Assembly: GCA_965218425.1 (NCBI GenBank)
Contig: OZ244621.1
Location: 384,001 to 448,000, forward strand
Reading direction: 5' to 3'
Source of the DNA: an uncultured Candidatus Binatia bacterium
GTDB taxonomy: Bacteria; Desulfobacterota; Binatia; UBA9968; CAXXLF01
Length of the DNA: 64,000 bases
A program made the position numbers and the translations under genes. Each line of letters starts with the position of its first letter. The first letter of the stretch is position 1. The notes beneath the pieces are model-generated. The model did no database searches, was not told the DNA's origin, and saw only the letters and a program-made list of their open reading frames with translations. This document shows, piece by piece, positions 60,600-64,000 of the stretch.

Positions 60600-61153
60600 T
60601 TTTTCCTGCCAAAATAAGGGGCCAGCTTGGCTCTGAGTGCCTGACGCGCCCGATGAAGCCGTGATTTGACGGTACCAAGGGGGACGTCGAGCGTGTCAGA
60701 GATCTCCTCATAGCGAAACTCTTGTAGATCATGGAGGAGGATAAGAAGCGCGTCGTCGTCATCGAGCTGGTTAAGACCCCGCTGAACCAGCTCATGCCTT
60801 TCGCGTTGCTCCACACCCTCAGCCGGGTCTGATGAGGGATCACCGGGCGGGTCGGCAACCTCCCGCTGTCTGGCAGCTTGCAGGCTCTTTTGCCGGTTCT
60901 TCGCGTGGTTGACACCGATCCGGTAGAGCCATGTGGCAAAGCTCGAGTCGCCGCGAAACCGCTTGATGGCGCGGAAAGCCGCAAGAAAGACCTCCTGGGC
61001 CACCTCCGCTGCCTCATCGTAACCTCCCAGCCAGCGGTAGAGCAGATTAAAGATCTTCTTTTCGTGGCGCCGAACCATTGTCTCAAAGGCATCCGCATCC
61101 CCTCGTTGGACCTTTTGGACGCACTCCCAGTCGCTTCTCTCCTCAGGCACCAT
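60590..61153 (-). CDS. ECF-type RNA polymerase sigma factor
   Basis: AQEVFLAAF, FRGDSSFATWLYRI, GTVKSRLHRAR. Confidence 0.95.
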   Translation of the reverse strand: MVPEERSDWECVQKVQRGDADAFETMVRRHEKKIFNLLYRWLGGYDEAAEVAQEVFLAAFRAIKRFRGDSSFATWLYRIGVNHAKNRQKSLQAARQREVADPPGDPSSDPAEGVEQRERHELVQRGLNQLDDDDALLILLHDLQEFRYEEISDTLDVPLGTVKSRLHRARQALRAKLAPYFGRKKWQ

Positions 61154-61206
61154 TAGACATCAGTTCGAATGAAAAGGTTCCAGGAATTTTTCGGCAGCCG
61201 TTACGA

Positions 61207-61614
61207 TTATGCGGCCGCCAATTCCTTCAGGGCACGTTCGTGTAACTGAACGATATCCGGCTCGAGTCTGGCGAGATTCTTGGCCACGGACGCTTGGTCC
61301 ACGGCGCGGGCGATTTCGGTGAAACCGGCATGCTGGATCATAGCGGGAAGCTCGGTTTGCAGTTGGTTCATGACCCACCCGAGGGCGTTTGGGGTTTTAG
61401 TCTTGTCAATGTCGCGGTTTTCACTTTTCGGTCCGGGGGCATAGTGGAAATGGGGCTTATTCATAAAGCAGTCAAAACGGAGGGTCTCCACCCTTTTACC
61501 GCCTTCATTGCCAAAAATTCGAAACGTGGCACCCCAATCCCCCTGACCACCGCGACGGGCTTCAATAATGACTTGAACGCCGCCACTTTCAAATTCGATC
61601 TTTTCGTTTGCCAT
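61207..61614 (-). CDS. Conserved-looking hypothetical protein
   Basis: RBS AGGGAG; LRFDCF..PHFHY motif. Confidence 0.75.
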   Translation of the reverse strand: MANEKIEFESGGVQVIIEARRGGQGDWGATFRIFGNEGGKRVETLRFDCFMNKPHFHYAPGPKSENRDIDKTKTPNALGWVMNQLQTELPAMIQHAGFTEIARAVDQASVAKNLARLEPDIVQLHERALKELAAA

Positions 61615-61688
61615 AACCAGGATCTCCCTTTGGCCAAACGTGGCTCACCCTTTGGGTGTGAAACCTGCTCCCAATTCAACGCGTGTGG

Positions 61689-62408
61689 TTATGCCGCGTG
61701 CGGCTTGTTTGCCTTGAACGTATTTAAGTACTTGAGCACATCGGCCAGGGGCAGCACGTCGGAATACTTTTGATTCATATCAAAGAGGTCCATGGCATGA
61801 CACGCCTCGTGTCGGTCAAAAACGCATTCCTCCACCACGATCATCTGGAACCGATAGGTACAACCTTCAACCACGCTGGCACGTACGCAACCGCTGGTGC
61901 TTTCGCCGCAGGTGATAACAGTGTCCACTCCCAGGTAATTCAGATGCCCGATGAGAGGGGTACCCCAGAATGCGCTTGGAGACGATTTTTTTATCACCGC
62001 CTCGCCCGCAAGGGGCTTCACCTCATCGATGATATCGTACATGCGCCACTGCCGTTCCAGGGCCTCGGCGGACGGCTCAGGCCGCTTTTGTCCGCGGCTG
62101 TTAGCCCATCCTGCGATGCCAGATTTATCTAAACCTGTGGTGTGAACGACGGGGATACCCGCCTCGCGGGCCGTGTCCAGTAGCTTCTGGATGTGGGGGA
62201 TAGCATTCCAGCCGGCAAGCCCGCAACTGCCGGGCCAGGTTTTGATTGCTTCTAATATGGGTTCCGGCTTGTCGCCGAAAACCCATCGGTAGAGGTCTAT
62301 GAGAAGCAGAGCGGGTTTCTGCCCAAACCCCACGGTTCTCGACCCTTTTGCCGCCACATGGGCCTTATCCTGCTCAGTAAGAAAACGATCCCATACTCGC
62401 TCTGCCAT
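61689..62408 (-). CDS. Isochorismatase/cysteine hydrolase family (maleamate or N-carbamoylsarcosine amidase-like)
   Basis: ALLLID, KKSSPSAFWGT, GESTSGCVRAS catalytic Cys; RBS AGGAGG; TTGACG-N17-TAATTT upstream. Confidence 0.92.
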   Translation of the reverse strand: MAERVWDRFLTEQDKAHVAAKGSRTVGFGQKPALLLIDLYRWVFGDKPEPILEAIKTWPGSCGLAGWNAIPHIQKLLDTAREAGIPVVHTTGLDKSGIAGWANSRGQKRPEPSAEALERQWRMYDIIDEVKPLAGEAVIKKSSPSAFWGTPLIGHLNYLGVDTVITCGESTSGCVRASVVEGCTYRFQMIVVEECVFDRHEACHAMDLFDMNQKYSDVLPLADVLKYLNTFKANKPHAA

Positions 62409-62656
62409 AACGGACCTCCTTTTTTGATGCGCCGTGAATTTATCGATTACTAATGAAGGCAAATTATCATCACTCCCGCCCGGCGTCAAGCAACGGTAGA
62501 GGCGGGGTGAGGTATCAGTCTATGTGTAAATTTCGGTAGGGGGAAGGGAGTGGAGAGGAAAATGGTTTTCACATTTAGCCGAGAAGGCAAGGTCTCGAGG
62601 GGGTTAAGGGATAAAGGCCCAGGGTATTTTTGCATTGGGAAAAGACAGAAGGGGCG

Positions 62657-62869
62657 CTACCTCCACAGTTGCACGACAAATACAAACATAAGCAGCTCAC
62701 CCCGCTCCTGGGTCTCCAGCACCAAACCGAAGGCGAGGGTCAGTGAGGCTTTAACCCCGGATCCAGAGATCTCCACCAAACGTCCATTGATCTCTGTAAG
62801 AGTCCGATGCCTCGGTTCATCCGACTCGACAATAACTCTCTTGAGACTTCCTGCCGATAAGATATCCAT
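62657..62869 (-). pseudogene. Truncated N-terminus of an ImuA/RecA-like protein
   Basis: LTEINGRLVEISGSGVKASLTLAFGLVLETQERGE resembles the degenerate P-loop region of RecA-like ImuA; similarity ends abruptly. Confidence 0.55.
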
Positions 62870-63054
62870 GGCTCGCTTCCTATTCCCACCACACCCCTCC
62901 CCTGTGAGTGCCTCAAGTGTGGGTTGGACAGACTAGACGAACAAAAAAACGAAAGTCAACGTAGGATCAAACCCCGGCCCAATCCACGGGTGGTTTCCGA
63001 GGTAGTGAATTAAAACAAAACCCAACAAGATGAGATGGATAAGTTAATAAATAT

Positions 63055-63506
63055 GGGTCATGCCTAGCTGAGGAATATAGAATGATGCATAAGGCTATAC
63101 ATGGCAATGAAAAACAAGCATGCGAAGCGTTCAAGGACTTCTGAGGCCAAGATCCGGAGGGTCGTGCGCTGTTTTGCCGCTGATTTGACCGCACTCCAGG
63201 CGGCGGCTCTGAGCGGTCTGAACCGCCACACCGTGAACCGGCTCTACCGTGGCTTGAGGGAGCGTATTGTGCTTGGTTGTGAAACGCAGCGTCCCTTGTT
63301 TGGTGTCGTCGAGGTCGATGAGAGCTTGTTTGGGGCGCGGTGCCTACGGCAAAACAGCCGTCTTCGGCATCTTCGAGCGCCAGGGGCAAGTCTACACCGA
63401 GATCGTCTCGGATTGCTCGAAGCCGACGTTACAGGGCATTATCCGGGGCCGGGTGGACGCCAGCACCGTCATCCATTCCGATGGCTGGCGTGGCTACAAC
63501 GGCCTA
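63055..63506 (+). mobile_element. IS1595-family (IS1016-like) remnant, frameshifted and truncated by IS5
   Basis: VEVDESLFGAR, GRGAYGKTAVFGIFER, IHSDGWRGYNGL; putative left end GGGTCATGCCTAGCTGAG after an AT-rich tract. Confidence 0.85.
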
Positions 63507-64000
63507 GGGCCTGTTAACACTAGCGTAACGCCTCGATGATGAGCGAGAAGAGGATGAAACCGAGGAAGATCACATCGAGCTTCTCGAAGCGGGAGAAGAC
63601 TCGCCGGAAACCCTTCAGACGACGAAACAACCTCTCGATTTCGTTGCGTCGCTTCTACATGTGGCCATCGTACTGCCAAGGGTCGACTCGCGTGGCCAAC
63701 GGCGCCACCACGGGTGTGAACCCCAGAGCCAGAGCCAACTGGCGTGTCTCGTTACCTTCATACGCCCGGTCCATGACGAGCGAGGGATTGTCGTGCTGCT
63801 GACCAGGGCGATTCAGCAACTTACGTCGTTCTGGAGCGTCGTGGGCCTGTGCGGGGGAAAGCGAGAAGGTGATAGCCGTTCGAGCATCCGCGGCAACCAT
63901 ATGAATCTTGGTGCTCCACCCGCCGCGGGATTTGCCGATGGCTTGGGGACCGTTTTTTTTAGTGCCCCGGTCCCGTCGGGATGGACCTTGACGATGGTGG
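63507..64000 (-). mobile_element. IS5-family (IS427-like) element, partial; transposase carries an in-frame TAG
   Basis: KVHPDGTGALKK-(A8 shift)-NGPQAIGKSRGGWSTKIH, MDRAYE, RRNEIERLFRRLKGFRR; end GGGCCTGTTAACACTA adjacent to CTAG. Confidence 0.9.

Overview
Bacterial chromosomal segment. Gene content and intergenic style suggest an uncultured Binatia/Deltaproteobacteria-like organism; this is inference, with no marker gene analysed. Bases 1-16 kb form an aromatic/heterocycle catabolic island: five paralogous phthalate-dioxygenase-type Rieske oxygenase alpha subunits (one cut by the window edge), three 4,5-dihydroxyphthalate-decarboxylase-like proteins, a ThDP enzyme, a class II aldolase, an extended SDR, a nitroreductase and an MFS transporter, with no typical oxygenase reductase. 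Inside the island is a twice-repeated ~230-bp non-coding element (8736-8968 and 11680-11910) with invariant blocks and conserved pairing; it is the best candidate here for an undescribed structured RNA or mobile DNA element. Bases 16-62 kb are mostly housekeeping genes (trmI, aroE, lgt, dtd, trmL, coxGMS-like, rpoH, pgpA, nrdJ with tandem NrdR boxes, mlaEFD, rlmD, an ECF sigma/anti-sigma pair, ABC transporters). Their intergenic gaps are filled with composite 7-bp/9-bp periodic repeats and GGAGAYGA-loop hairpins. An IS3 interrupts a tRNA methyltransferase gene with an unusual junction, and an IS5 is nested in an IS1595 remnant at the right end. Several genes are decayed, and several single-base homopolymer frameshifts may be sequencing errors. 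No rRNA, tRNA or CRISPR array was seen.
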